DNA of 58,392 nucleotides from Patescibacteria group bacterium (GCA_019454415.1 JACFOI010000006.1:1-58392); one strand, 5' to 3'; positions 24,001 to 32,889 are shown, numbered from the stretch's first letter. The notes: generated by a model not told the origin, from the letters alone. Program-made: numbers and translations.

Positions 24001-25500
24001 ACAGGGACGTGGTTTGGCTCTGAGCCTCACTGGGGATCTCTTGGGGTTTCCGGTGGAGCCGGGCGTTTCACCTACAGTAATGGTGTCAACATTGCGGTTT
24101 CCAGCACTCTCAATATGGGAAATAACGGTCCATTTTCGATCGAGGGTTGGGTGAGGCCTAACTTATCTGACTATGCTGGCTTTGTTAGCAAGAATACCAA
24201 TCGATTCACACCGTATGCCTTCATGTCCGCATTTATGAAAAACGGACGCCTGATGATCTACAACACTACCATAGGCTGGATACAGGTCTGTCCACCCGGA
24301 TCTGTCAGTGCCGGGACTTGGCAGCACGTAGCTCTTACGTATGACGGCGCGACTGTCCGTGGGTATGTTAATGGCAGCTTGTGTGGCTCGAATACTTTTT
24401 CTTACACCGACGTAAGCACGGCGAATGTCAACATTGGGAGCTGGTACAGCGGTGTTAATAACTACGATTACTTGGGCCTGATGGACGAGATCAGTTTCTA
24501 CAACTACGCCCGTTCAGCCAGTCAGATAGCGACGGATGCTAGCGCCTTTACTCCACCTGCTGATACCTGGGCCTATCGAAGACCGATTACGATCGCCAAT
24601 AGTACCGGCACTACTCTGACGAACTATCCAATCCTAATAACGATGGATACCACCTCCCTAATCAACGCAGGCAAGATGAATGGTGACTGTTCAGACTTAC
24701 GTTTTAGTGATGGTTCGAGTAAGTTGTCTTACTGGCTTCAGGAGGGTCAACTCTCCTGCATCGCAACCACTAAAAGTGTCTGGATTAAGGTGCCGACCAT
24801 CCCTCCCTCAGGAACTACCATCTATGCCTACTACGGAAGTCCGGGAGCGGATGGGGAAAGTAATGGGAGTAATGTTTTTGAGTTTTTTGATGACTTTAAT
24901 GGTGCAGCCCTAGATACCACAAAGTGGACAGCAACTGGCGCCAACAGTATCACCAATGGCTCTCTAATCATTACCACAGGCGCAGTGTATTCCAATAGCC
25001 CGGTAGCTTCCACCACTCAAAACCGCATGTTCGAGATGCATGCAGCCTGGGCAGCAACCCAAACTGCCTACGCAGGAATCCAGATTTCCAACGCCCAATC
25101 TATTGCAGGAAGCAATGGGAATTCTAATAAACTGGCCATGTTTATGTCTGCTGGAACAATTGCTCAAACAGCTTGGGGAGCAACGGGGGTAAGTGCTAGT
25201 TACAATATTGTCGCTGGTACAGCCTTATATACCCCCACTGCAAATACCTACACTCTTACGGGCTTTGGGTACTCACCTTCAGCCTTAAGCTTCTTTGGCA
25301 ATCGCGCCCAAGTAGGTACTTACGCAAATACCGTTCAGTATGCTCCCTACCTTATCCTCGGCTACTTCACAGGATCTGCTGCAGGAACCACTGATGGGAC
25401 AGACCTTTCGGTTAACTTCGTGATCGTTCGTCAATACGTGACTCCGGAACCAACCCCGGCCTGGGGAACTGAGACATCCGGCAGTTGGAGCGGACTGTAA
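21055..25500 (+). CDS. Giant (1481 aa) prepilin-type N-terminal domain protein with two F5/8 type C (discoidin) modules, several LamG/ConA-like modules and a DUF2341-like module
   Basis: The class III signal is HSKG|ASLLEIIIATGIVGLV, with Glu at +5. A Pro-rich linker is PTPVPTPSPVPSPDP. NAWWQVDLG occurs twice. The LamG-type endings are MDEVKIYRGALTADEI, IDEVKLYDYARSASQI and MDEISFYNYARSASQI. The DUF2341-like segment is WAYRRPITIANSTGTTLTNYP...VWIKVPTIPPSGTTIYAYYG. Confidence 0.85.
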   Translation: MNFLSGTFLRLQRVLPHLRGRADHSKGASLLEIIIATGIVGLVMTSTVAIMTVSLKTTSLSRNKSVATKYTQEGIEYFRTQRNIMGWETFFETLNSGGVTSEYCMATLPYTETGGLEELPNRPCTSSEFVDENDVFQRYAEVTTDISGENGSVHVTVSTVWEDNGRELTSTATLELGDIYVASNFELTFPSPQIPTPVPTPSPVPSPDPCEVNIVQGKTTSQSSSPITPGASSLAADGNTDGDWNNGSVSHTAEEANAWWQVDLGQSYNLSDVDIYNRTDGTTATRLSNYHVLISEFPFISTNLATTISSFGVDDFHQTTTAGSPTTIAANTTGRYLRVQQSGTNYLHMAEVEAFGCATDSYSNVALNKSAAQSSTNSGADASRAVDGNTNGNWAGNSVSHTNSDANAWWQVDLGAVYDLSHINIYNRTDCCGTRLSNFYIFVSDVPFTSTNLSTTLAQSGVSSYYISGAAGSPTQRAFGRTGRYVRIQLSGTDYLHMAEVEIYGKNPGGSPGPSPSPTPSLAGYWKFDEGTGSTVADSSSNGNTGTWLGSGVHWAVTGLLRSAGRFNGSGDTLNIGTRDSLNFGNNGPFTFEGWVKPSTLVDYAGFISKDASRNTPYSYMTAFMANGRMVAYNGSAWADLCPAGSVQVGVWQHVAFSYNGTTLTGYINGSSCGSISFTYVDNPAHTVVIGSWYSPSSVYDYIGTMDEVKIYRGALTADEILDEYDSSADTMLAPTADWPFSEGSGTTVADITGNGHNGTWSGSGTRWTTAGVSGNAGIFNGTNDTISVPLAGIYDNFTLEMWVNPTGTITLNSEATSGTTGISGQRYAWWNGNPGTTGASALLSVGTNGLSVYEHAANYMPPLAVSSNGVSGWKHVAVVYKSKVPSIYVNGVLVRTGLTSPRTTVEPFAGGVAAIGGGAYGYFSGKIDEVKLYDYARSASQIADSYSANAGSGSQAFDPVAKWSFNEGTGTSVADSSGNGNTGTWFGSEPHWGSLGVSGGAGRFTYSNGVNIAVSSTLNMGNNGPFSIEGWVRPNLSDYAGFVSKNTNRFTPYAFMSAFMKNGRLMIYNTTIGWIQVCPPGSVSAGTWQHVALTYDGATVRGYVNGSLCGSNTFSYTDVSTANVNIGSWYSGVNNYDYLGLMDEISFYNYARSASQIATDASAFTPPADTWAYRRPITIANSTGTTLTNYPILITMDTTSLINAGKMNGDCSDLRFSDGSSKLSYWLQEGQLSCIATTKSVWIKVPTIPPSGTTIYAYYGSPGADGESNGSNVFEFFDDFNGAALDTTKWTATGANSITNGSLIITTGAVYSNSPVASTTQNRMFEMHAAWAATQTAYAGIQISNAQSIAGSNGNSNKLAMFMSAGTIAQTAWGATGVSASYNIVAGTALYTPTANTYTLTGFGYSPSALSFFGNRAQVGTYANTVQYAPYLILGYFTGSAAGTTDGTDLSVNFVIVRQYVTPEPTPAWGTETSGSWSGL
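21682..22569 (+). repeat. Internal tandem duplication (two discoidin modules of about 150 aa) within the giant gene
   Basis: 21823-21849 (AATGCATGGTGGCAAGTCGACTTAGGC) and 22273-22299 (AATGCCTGGTGGCAAGTAGACCTAGGC) are 450 nt apart. The protein segments 210-357 and 362-505 are colinear. Confidence 0.8.
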
Positions 25501-25508
25501 GGGACTGT

Positions 25509-26678
25509 TTAGTTAGCCACCTGGGCCGAATTGCTGGCTACGGCTGACTCTGTTGCATTCTGGGGGTTTCGCAATCTGGTCAACTCATCTTGGACCCACT
25601 GATGGACAACACCCCAATTATTGAGTCCTTCTATGGAAGTAACTATACTCTGGCCGTCGGGACTGCGGCCAATAGTCAAGACGTTATCATCGCTTAGTGC
25701 CCCAGAAGTAATCTTGTATTCACTTAACTCGTCCTTGTAGCGCAAGAAGTTCTGCATGTCTGCCAACGTGTAGTCGGTCTTGAGGTCCTCGGTCAGGCTA
25801 GTGACAAAGGGAATAATCTTGGGGAAGAAGTCCAACCGGAACACCTTGTCACGAACAGCCAAGATCAAGTTTCGCTGCCGGGCAGCACGCCCGAAGTCAC
25901 TGCCGTCTTGAGCAGAATGCCGTGAACGAACATACTTCAAGGCTGTCTGGCCGTCCATATGCGTAATCCCCTGATCAAAGTGAAGATGTTCGTAGCGGCA
26001 AGGGAAGGCTTGTTCCTGCACCGCAGCAGACATCGTGGCGTACATCTTCAACTCTTCTTCAGAATGGCCGCAAGGATCGTCCTCCTTGCCCTCCAAGGGA
26101 TAGACGTAGTCATCAAATGTTTTCTCGACATTGACATCTACCCCACCGAGTACGTCAATGGACTTGCGGAAGCCAGCAAAGTTGATCGTCACAAAGTTAT
26201 TAACGTCTAAACCGGTGGCTTGTTTGACCGCGTACTTGGCAAGCTCACCACCTCCCGCAGGACCGGTGAACTGCTCCGGTTTATAACGATAGCCACGATC
26301 ATCAGAGCCAATTGCATATGCAGCATTAATCTTGTAGCCGGTCAACTTGTCACCGCTGACCGGTAACTCTACCCAAAGGTCGCGTGGCAAGGAAAGCAAA
26401 GTAATTGTCTTGCTAGGTGGATCGATGATTACGATCATCATTGTGTCAGTGAGTAAGCCACCTTGATGGCCACCACCACCATAACCCATCAACAGCGCAA
26501 CGTGTGGCCTTCCCCCATTGAAAGTGTCCGGAATTGGGGAACTGGTCGGGGTAGGACTAGGACCCTTGAACCGGGAAACGACCGAAACCTTGTTATACAT
26601 TCCATAGATAAAAACCGCTCCGGCCACCACCAGAGCTAAACCAAACAAACCAACGGCAATAAGTACTTTTTTCCACAT
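25509..26678 (-). CDS. LytR-CpsA-Psr (LCP) family cell-envelope phosphotransferase
   Basis: A TM anchor followed by LLMGYGGGGHQGGLLTDTMMIVIIDPPSKTITLLSLPRDLWV. I chose the ATG at 26678 (SD AAAGGAAG). The track start at 26780 would overlap surE by 70 nt. Confidence 0.85.
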   Translation of the reverse strand: MWKKVLIAVGLFGLALVVAGAVFIYGMYNKVSVVSRFKGPSPTPTSSPIPDTFNGGRPHVALLMGYGGGGHQGGLLTDTMMIVIIDPPSKTITLLSLPRDLWVELPVSGDKLTGYKINAAYAIGSDDRGYRYKPEQFTGPAGGGELAKYAVKQATGLDVNNFVTINFAGFRKSIDVLGGVDVNVEKTFDDYVYPLEGKEDDPCGHSEEELKMYATMSAAVQEQAFPCRYEHLHFDQGITHMDGQTALKYVRSRHSAQDGSDFGRAARQRNLILAVRDKVFRLDFFPKIIPFVTSLTEDLKTDYTLADMQNFLRYKDELSEYKITSGALSDDNVLTIGRSPDGQSIVTSIEGLNNWGVVHQWVQDELTRLRNPQNATESAVASNSAQVAN

Positions 26679-26710
26679 AGGTATGGCTTCCTTTAGTACG
26701 GTCGGAGGTG

Positions 26711-27535
26711 TTACTGGAGTTGGAATCGAGCCTTTTGCAGTTTTTGAAAGGCTTCTTCGTGAACGAGATTTACTAGGCATGGCGAGATTGAAATATATCC
26801 ATCAGTAAGCGCCCGAACATCATACACCTGATCGAGTGTTTTAGAGAATACCCGACCGGAATCTGCGTAGCTGAAGTGGCCCGATTCTCCCGAATGCTTG
26901 AACGGCTGATCGTAGACTTGGCGGACGTCTTCGATTAACCGAGTCACTTTGACTTGCGTCGTTGGTTTCTGGGGGAGATTGATATTTAAAAACTGTGCTC
27001 CCCACAGTTTTTCCTTGATACATTGACGAAGTAAACGGTCAATGACCTTGCCGGGGTACTCCAAGTACTCGACGATAGAATGCTCTTTATCATGGTGCAT
27101 GGTATAAAACTCAGGTGGTAAATCCCAGCTGACCGCAATGGCCTGCTTGGTTAACTGTCGGACCAATGAGCCAATGGCCGCATTGACCGTCCCCGAGTTG
27201 GCCAGCGTCGCTCCTAAGTTGGCTCCCCAGTTGATTCCAGAGATAACCACGTCAAATGGCTCAATTTCAAAGTTGGCTAATAACTCGATCGTATCCACCG
27301 GCGTTCCCTCTACCCAAAAAGCAGGAATCCCATCCACTTCTGCTCTTCCCCAATTAAAACCTGTGGCAATCGAGACCTTGCCCCCGACTCCACTCTGCTG
27401 GGCGACTGTTCCGGCGATCGTCAGGTCAAAACCCTCTCGCAGGAAGTGAGCTAAGAGGCGAGTCCCATGAGACTGGTAACCGTCATCTCCTGTCAATAAA
27501 ATTCGTGGTCGATGCGTGGTAGACATATCGCTCAA
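26711..27535 (-). CDS. surE: 5'/3'-nucleotidase SurE
   Basis: RILLTGDDGYQSHGTRLLA and SGINWGANLG are SurE motifs. Confidence 0.85.
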   Translation of the reverse strand: MSDMSTTHRPRILLTGDDGYQSHGTRLLAHFLREGFDLTIAGTVAQQSGVGGKVSIATGFNWGRAEVDGIPAFWVEGTPVDTIELLANFEIEPFDVVISGINWGANLGATLANSGTVNAAIGSLVRQLTKQAIAVSWDLPPEFYTMHHDKEHSIVEYLEYPGKVIDRLLRQCIKEKLWGAQFLNINLPQKPTTQVKVTRLIEDVRQVYDQPFKHSGESGHFSYADSGRVFSKTLDQVYDVRALTDGYISISPCLVNLVHEEAFQKLQKARFQLQ

Positions 27536-27676
27536 TTGTATCGAGCTAATCTTTTTTTAACAGCCGCTCTTAAGATCCGAGCTTGTACCTGAGAACTAGC
27601 CTGCTCACATCTGGGAGGTATGGCTTTTGATCTTATTCGGTATAATAGGGGTAAAGCTCGCAGAAAGAGAGAAGGG

Positions 27677-28087
27677 ATGATTGTGAAAGGATTCATCGAT
27701 TTTATCCGAGAGCGGGGCGTTGTCGGCCTGGCTGTCGGTTTCATTATTGGAGGTGCGATCACCAAGTTGGTCGGCTCAATCGTCAATGACTTAGTGAATC
27801 CGCTGTTGGGAATTCTGTTAGGGGCCGTGGGTAATCTTGATAGCTACTCCATCCAGGTCGGGGGCGCACAGTTAATGTATGGCCGCTTTATTGCTAGTTT
27901 GATTGACTTTCTGATTATCGCTTTTGTCGTCTACGTAGGCGTCAAGCTACTGAGACTGGAGAAGATTGATCGTAAAAAAGACGCCGTGACGACAGCATCG
28001 GCAAGCGAGTCTAAAGGATCTAAAGAAAAAGCCTCCAAGTCCTCAAAATCCCCCACTAAGCGGGGAAAGCAAGCTTCGAAAAAGTAA
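27677..28087 (+). CDS. mscL: Large-conductance mechanosensitive channel MscL
   Basis: KGFIDFIRERGVVGLAVGFIIGGAITKLVGSIVNDLVNPLLG. I chose the ATG at 27677 with SD GAGAAGGG. TATAAT is at about 27651. Confidence 0.9.
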   Translation: MIVKGFIDFIRERGVVGLAVGFIIGGAITKLVGSIVNDLVNPLLGILLGAVGNLDSYSIQVGGAQLMYGRFIASLIDFLIIAFVVYVGVKLLRLEKIDRKKDAVTTASASESKGSKEKASKSSKSPTKRGKQASKK

Positions 28088-28112
28088 CCCAATAATGCTA
28101 TCCTGAATAGCT

Positions 28113-28988
28113 ATGTGGTTGTTATTCAGTGCTGCCTCAGCCGTTTTTGACGCGGGCAAACATATCCTGTCCAAGCAAACTCTTTCCAGGGACAAAGTCC
28201 ATCCTGTGACGGCGGCTTGGGCGTTGGCGTTCTTCTCCCTACCGCTGACTTTTCCCCTTGCACTTTGGAACTGGCCGTTTGCCCTGGATCAAGCCTTCTG
28301 GCTGGCAGCCAGCATCGCACTCGCCATGGATTTCGTTTCCATGTTGATGTATGCCAAAGCTATTCAGTCCTCTGATATCTCGCTCAGCATTCCGATGTTA
28401 GCCTTTGTTCCGTTGTTGCTACTGGTTTCGGGCTATCTGATCAATGCAGAATCACCCACACTCTTGGGAATTACAGGCGTATGTATGATCGTAGCCGGAG
28501 CGTACTTCCTCCATTTCGACTATCGACGTATTCACCCCCTCCAGCCCTTCTTTGCAATCTTCAAAGATCAAGGGACCGCATTGATGTTTGGGGTCGCGAT
28601 TATCTGGGGAATCAGCTCAGCCCTTCATAAACGGGCCATCGTTCACTCTAACCCGTTCTTCTATACCGGCTTTAGTGCCGTAGTGTTAACCGTGGCCCTG
28701 ACTCCATTAGCTGTAATGTTCGGACGCAAAAGTTTAATCAAGGCTTGGCGAAAAAAGCAACTCAAACACTTGGCAGCAATTGGTCTGTTTGACGGCGCAG
28801 CCATCCTGATGGAGTCTTTAGGACAAAGCATTGCCTACTCTGCCTTTGTACTGGCGATCAAGCGAACCGGGATTATGTTAACTGCTATCGGTGGCGCTGT
28901 CTTTTTCCATGAGAAGATCAAGGATCGTTTGCTACCGATCGGCGTTATGCTAGTCGGAGTGTTGGCAATCGCGGTCTCAAAGTTTTAA
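28113..28988 (+). CDS. EamA/DMT-family transporter
   Basis: 291 aa with about 10 TM helices and the two-repeat hydrophobic architecture of this family. Confidence 0.7.
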   Translation: MWLLFSAASAVFDAGKHILSKQTLSRDKVHPVTAAWALAFFSLPLTFPLALWNWPFALDQAFWLAASIALAMDFVSMLMYAKAIQSSDISLSIPMLAFVPLLLLVSGYLINAESPTLLGITGVCMIVAGAYFLHFDYRRIHPLQPFFAIFKDQGTALMFGVAIIWGISSALHKRAIVHSNPFFYTGFSAVVLTVALTPLAVMFGRKSLIKAWRKKQLKHLAAIGLFDGAAILMESLGQSIAYSAFVLAIKRTGIMLTAIGGAVFFHEKIKDRLLPIGVMLVGVLAIAVSKF

Positions 28989-29020
28989 TACCCCAGTTAT
29001 TGAAACATGCCTGAGATGTG

Positions 29021-29052
29021 AAAAACCGGTCACCTTGTGAGTGCCGGTTTTC
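29021..29052. terminator. Bidirectional intrinsic terminator
   Basis: AAAAA-ACCGGtCAC-cttgtga-GTGCCGGT-TTTT forms 8 bp with a 1-nt bulge and is flanked by an A-run and a T-run. It serves the EamA gene on the plus strand and the small ORF on the minus strand. Confidence 0.75.
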
Positions 29053-29071
29053 TTGGGTCGGGTTGATTCAA

Positions 29072-29167
29072 CTAACGGAAACGAAGCCAGTAGCTCCATG
29101 ACCGCCGCCCGTAGCGGAGCGCAGCACGTGCATCCCGTTGAATCAGCCACTTAATGTACGCGTCCAT
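29072..29167 (-). CDS. Unannotated small ORF (31 aa): MDAYIKWLIQRDARAALRYGRRSWSYWLRFR
   Basis: SD GAGGTG lies 6 nt before the ATG at 29167. The promoter is TTGTTT (29231-29236), a 16-nt spacer and TATAAT (29209-29214). The terminator at 29021-29052 follows it. It is too short to appear in the ORF track. Confidence 0.5.
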   Translation of the reverse strand: MDAYIKWLIQRDARAALRYGRRSWSYWLRFR

Positions 29168-29307
29168 TTTTTCACCTCACAAGAAGACTATTGGACGGAC
29201 AAGCAAGAATTATACATATCCGATATGTAGAAACAAGAAGCATTTTCAGTTGACAACATACCAATTTTCTTTTGGGTTAAAACTGTCTAGGACGAAAAAA
29301 CGTCGGA

Positions 29308-29880
29308 CTAAAAAAACTTTTTGGCTTTGAAGTAGGCAGCGATACAGATGCTGCAAGTAAAGACATTTTGATAAATCAGTTCCTCTAACTCTTCAGGTGT
29401 AAAAAGAACTACTTCCAAGAACTCTGCTTCATCCTCGTTGGGTTTTGCCACTTTAACGCAGTTTCTAGCTAGTAGGACATGCGCGGTGGTAATCAAACGG
29501 TGAGGAGCGGGCTGAGTGTCGCCGATGTACTGCCAGTCTTTGCAGCCAAAGCCAGTTTCTTCCAAAAGCTCTCTTTGGGCAGCCACGATTGGATCTTCAT
29601 CCGTACCGGCTTCTGTCTGATCAATCGCCCCACCGGGAAAGTCCCAACTAATGGTGTTTAATGAGGGCCGAAACTGCCGCACCAGAATTAGTTTCTTACC
29701 TGGAGTCAGCGCTACCACAGTGACACCATTGGATTCCTGGGCTAAGTAGTAGTTGTGGTAGAGCCTACCATCCGGGAGCTGATAATCGCGCGCCTCCACC
29801 GACATCCACGGCGACTCAAAGAGCCTTCTCCTTTGGAGCTCCTGCCAGCGGAGGTGGGAGTCGGGGACGTTTTTTTTCAT
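29308..29880 (-). CDS. Nudix hydrolase (ADP-ribose pyrophosphatase-like)
   Basis: Nudix box GGAIDQTEAGTDEDPIVAAQRELLEETG. Confidence 0.85.
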   Translation of the reverse strand: MKKNVPDSHLRWQELQRRRLFESPWMSVEARDYQLPDGRLYHNYYLAQESNGVTVVALTPGKKLILVRQFRPSLNTISWDFPGGAIDQTEAGTDEDPIVAAQRELLEETGFGCKDWQYIGDTQPAPHRLITTAHVLLARNCVKVAKPNEDEAEFLEVVLFTPEELEELIYQNVFTCSICIAAYFKAKKFF

Positions 29881-29891
29881 AGTTTGCGTTC

Positions 29892-31418
29892 TTACTTCTT
29901 AAACAAACTTTGTCCAGTCATTTGCTCAGGCTGAGACAGCTTCATTGCTTCCAAAATAGTCGGTGCGATATCTGACAGTCCACCACCTTTCCGTAAGGTA
30001 GGGTGCAGCGTTGTGTGAATGAAGATACACGGCACCGGGTTGGTGGTGTGGGCAGTATGGGGTTCACCTGTCTCTGGATCACGCATTCTCTCAGCGTTGC
30101 CGTGATCTGCTATCACCAGTAGTGCTCCGTCTCGTTTCAGAACAGCCTCTACTAGTCGGCCTAGCTCACGATCAACCGTCTCAATGGCGGTGACGATGGC
30201 TGGCTCATTGGCAGTATGGCCGACCATGTCAGGGTTGGCAAAGTTAATAAACATAAACTTCGCTTTATCTAACCGTTCAATTGCGGCGTCGCAGATCTCC
30301 CGTGCTCGCATCTCCGGGGCTTCATCGTGAGTCTTCACTTTCCGGCTAGGGATCAAGACGTCTTCCTCACCTTCATAGGGCTCTTGACGTCCACCGTTCA
30401 AAAAGTAGGTGGCATGAGGGTACTTCTCGGTCTCAGCAACCCGGACTTGAACTAAGCCTGCTGCGGCTACCACGCTGCCCAGAGTTTGGGAGATCTCTTC
30501 CGGCGTATAAGCCACAATTGCCTTGATCTCTTTGCCGTAGTTAGCCATGGTCACAAAGCAGAGGTCGCGGTCCTCAGCCAGCTCGCCGATCTTGATTGAG
30601 AGTTGTTTGGCACGATCCGAGCGGAAGTTCGTGAAGATGATCGAATCATGGTCTTTCACTTCAAGCACACCATGCTGCTCAGTCTGGAAGACCATCGGTT
30701 CCATGTGTTCGTCAAAGACTTCCTGGCGATACCACTCCCGGATGATCTGAGAAGGCTTAACGCTGGTGTCATAGACGTGATCTGCTTCCCCGCTAAAGAT
30801 GGCCTTAAATGCCTTATCTGTTCTGTCCCAGTTAGTATCTCGATCCATCGCATAGTAGCGTCCCATCACAGAACCGATTGCACAGCCATCGACAGCCTCG
30901 ACTACTTTTTCCAACTTCTCAAGTGAGTCAGTGCCAGCCGTCTTCGGGGAGTCGCGACCGTCGAGGAAAGGGTGAACGACGATCTGTTTGACACCAGCAT
31001 TCTTAGCAGCTAGAAGAGTTTCGATAAAGTGATCCTCATGCGAGTGCACCCCTCCGGCAGACAGCAAACCGATAATATGGAGAGTGCTGTCATTCTCTAC
31101 TGCATGACGAAAAGCCTGTGCCATGGCGTCGTTATGGCTAAACGCGCCTGTCCGAGCATCTTTAGAGATCCGGACCAGATCTTGATAAATAACTTTTCCA
31201 GCCCCGATCGTGGTATGGCCAACTTCACTGTTTCCCATTTGACCGCTGGGAAGTCCTACATCTTCTCCGGAAGCCTGGAGTGTCGTAAATGGATACTTCT
31301 TGACCAAGGCGTCGTAGTTGGGGGTTTTTGCCAGGGCAACGCCGTTGTGTTCCAAAGTCTCCTCGAGTCCCCAGCCATCCAGTACCACCAACACCATCGG
31401 ACCCGTTACTTTTGTCAT
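29892..31418 (-). CDS. gpmI: 2,3-bisphosphoglycerate-independent phosphoglycerate mutase
   Basis: VLVVLDGWG, GNSEVGHTTIGAG, the ADHGNAE motif and FANPDMVGHT. I chose the ATG at 31418 with SD AAGGAG. Confidence 0.92.
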   Translation of the reverse strand: MTKVTGPMVLVVLDGWGLEETLEHNGVALAKTPNYDALVKKYPFTTLQASGEDVGLPSGQMGNSEVGHTTIGAGKVIYQDLVRISKDARTGAFSHNDAMAQAFRHAVENDSTLHIIGLLSAGGVHSHEDHFIETLLAAKNAGVKQIVVHPFLDGRDSPKTAGTDSLEKLEKVVEAVDGCAIGSVMGRYYAMDRDTNWDRTDKAFKAIFSGEADHVYDTSVKPSQIIREWYRQEVFDEHMEPMVFQTEQHGVLEVKDHDSIIFTNFRSDRAKQLSIKIGELAEDRDLCFVTMANYGKEIKAIVAYTPEEISQTLGSVVAAAGLVQVRVAETEKYPHATYFLNGGRQEPYEGEEDVLIPSRKVKTHDEAPEMRAREICDAAIERLDKAKFMFINFANPDMVGHTANEPAIVTAIETVDRELGRLVEAVLKRDGALLVIADHGNAERMRDPETGEPHTAHTTNPVPCIFIHTTLHPTLRKGGGLSDIAPTILEAMKLSQPEQMTGQSLFKK

Positions 31419-31603
31419 ACTACTCCTTTTGATGCTCTTTATGAAAAGCTCAACCACGTCTTTGCCCAACTCAAAAATCGCTTCAATTATTCTACAGATT
31501 TCTCCTAAAACAAGTCAGTCATCACTCCACGAAGGAGCACAAATTGAAGCAAGAATGGGTTTCCCAGTGGGATGTTTCCGATTTCTTCTCTGCAGCAACT
31601 TTT

Positions 31604-32263
31604 CTAGTACTGCTTTAGCCAGTCGTTCAGCTGCACGAGTTCTTGGGCTTGATCGACGATAATGGTATTGGCCAGTGATTTGATCTCCTCCCTAGGAGTG
31701 ATCTGGAGAACAGCCCTGGCCAAACGTAAAGCTTCCTGGTGATGATCCATCATGCTCTGGATATAGAGCCTGTCCATTTCTCTGCCTGAGAGCTGACTTA
31801 AGTCCGGCATCATCTGCATATAGTCTTTGTCGCCCGGATATGTCTTTCCAAACCAGAGCTGGTAAAAACCGATTAAGGCCCACACCTCTTTGCTCTGTTC
31901 ATCAATGACCTTTTGGGCAAACTGTTTTAATTCTGGATTGTCGCTATGCTCCACAATGTACCGCGAGGAGTCGATCGCCTCCTGGTGATGTGGAATCATC
32001 TCCAGCACGAACTCTTCTTCACCCTTACTTGGTGGCAGATCTTCCTGTTGTTCTTCGCCAGCTGGAGTTTGTGCTGATTGTTTGGAACCCATACCCCATT
32101 TTTTGAGCCCGAGACCCGTCAGAAGTACCACCACAATCAATAGCGCCAGCCAAAAAGCCCTTGGCTGTTTCAGCGCGATCTTTGGCGTCTTTTTGTGTTG
32201 TGAAGATTTTTGGGCAGCTTTCTCTTGCATACTTTCCTTTGACGACTCCGTCCTTTGCGCCAT
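31604..32263 (-). CDS. DUF305-domain protein (membrane-anchored)
   Basis: Two HHxxA-type repeats, MIPHHQEAIDSS and MMDHHQEALRLA, are typical of DUF305. Confidence 0.75.
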   Translation of the reverse strand: MAQRTESSKESMQEKAAQKSSQHKKTPKIALKQPRAFWLALLIVVVLLTGLGLKKWGMGSKQSAQTPAGEEQQEDLPPSKGEEEFVLEMIPHHQEAIDSSRYIVEHSDNPELKQFAQKVIDEQSKEVWALIGFYQLWFGKTYPGDKDYMQMMPDLSQLSGREMDRLYIQSMMDHHQEALRLARAVLQITPREEIKSLANTIIVDQAQELVQLNDWLKQY

Positions 32264-32313
32264 CTCTATTTTATGTCTATACTATCAGAAGATCACTCGT
32301 TGGAGGAATGGCT

Positions 32314-32889
32314 ATGAAAACCAAAACACTTCTTGCAACAACCCTTGTGGGCATAAGTTGCTTTCTTCTGGCAGGATGTCAGCCAGCTACTCAAGAAGCA
32401 GCTCCTTCTCCTAGCCCGGTCAGTACTATTCCTTCGACCATTCCTGAGACCAGTATTGTTCAGGGTGAGATCTGTGGCAAGCTGCCGGCCGATGTGGTTG
32501 CCTCAGTCACTGGCATAAAGGTGGATGCGCCATCGGTCACCACTATTGAGTCAACCACTGGTGCAAAACGTCATATCTGTGCCTATCCTAAAACAGGAAC
32601 TCCTGATGAAAACGTCGTCTTTGTCAACGTCACGTTCCGCAGTGATACTACTCCTGATGCCTTCCAACAACTCTGGGCTAATCAGCAACAAGCACAGCAA
32701 GCATTTTTCCAGCCAGTCACCGGCGTAGGTACAGAAGCCTTCATGGGCCAAGTAGACAACCAGCCTGTGATCTATATGCTCGTGCCAGAAGCACAGTACT
32801 GGATCAAGATGGGTGACGCTTCTCTGAGTGCTGCCCGCCAGACTGAGTTGGTCCAGCGGCTGGCCCGCAGTATTGCCGGACAAGAATAA
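32314..32889 (+). CDS. Putative lipoprotein, function unknown
   Basis: MKTKTLLATTLVGISCFLLAGCQP contains a lipobox. GGAGG lies 7 nt upstream. An alternative ATG is at 32308. Confidence 0.6.
   Translation: MKTKTLLATTLVGISCFLLAGCQPATQEAAPSPSPVSTIPSTIPETSIVQGEICGKLPADVVASVTGIKVDAPSVTTIESTTGAKRHICAYPKTGTPDENVVFVNVTFRSDTTPDAFQQLWANQQQAQQAFFQPVTGVGTEAFMGQVDNQPVIYMLVPEAQYWIKMGDASLSAARQTELVQRLARSIAGQE

Noticed and set aside
21563-25167. Many antisense and off-frame ORFs inside the 1481-aa gene, for example 22699-23112, 23157-23405 and 24964-25167
   Set aside because: They are nested in a long ORF with coherent domain architecture, so they are shadow ORFs.
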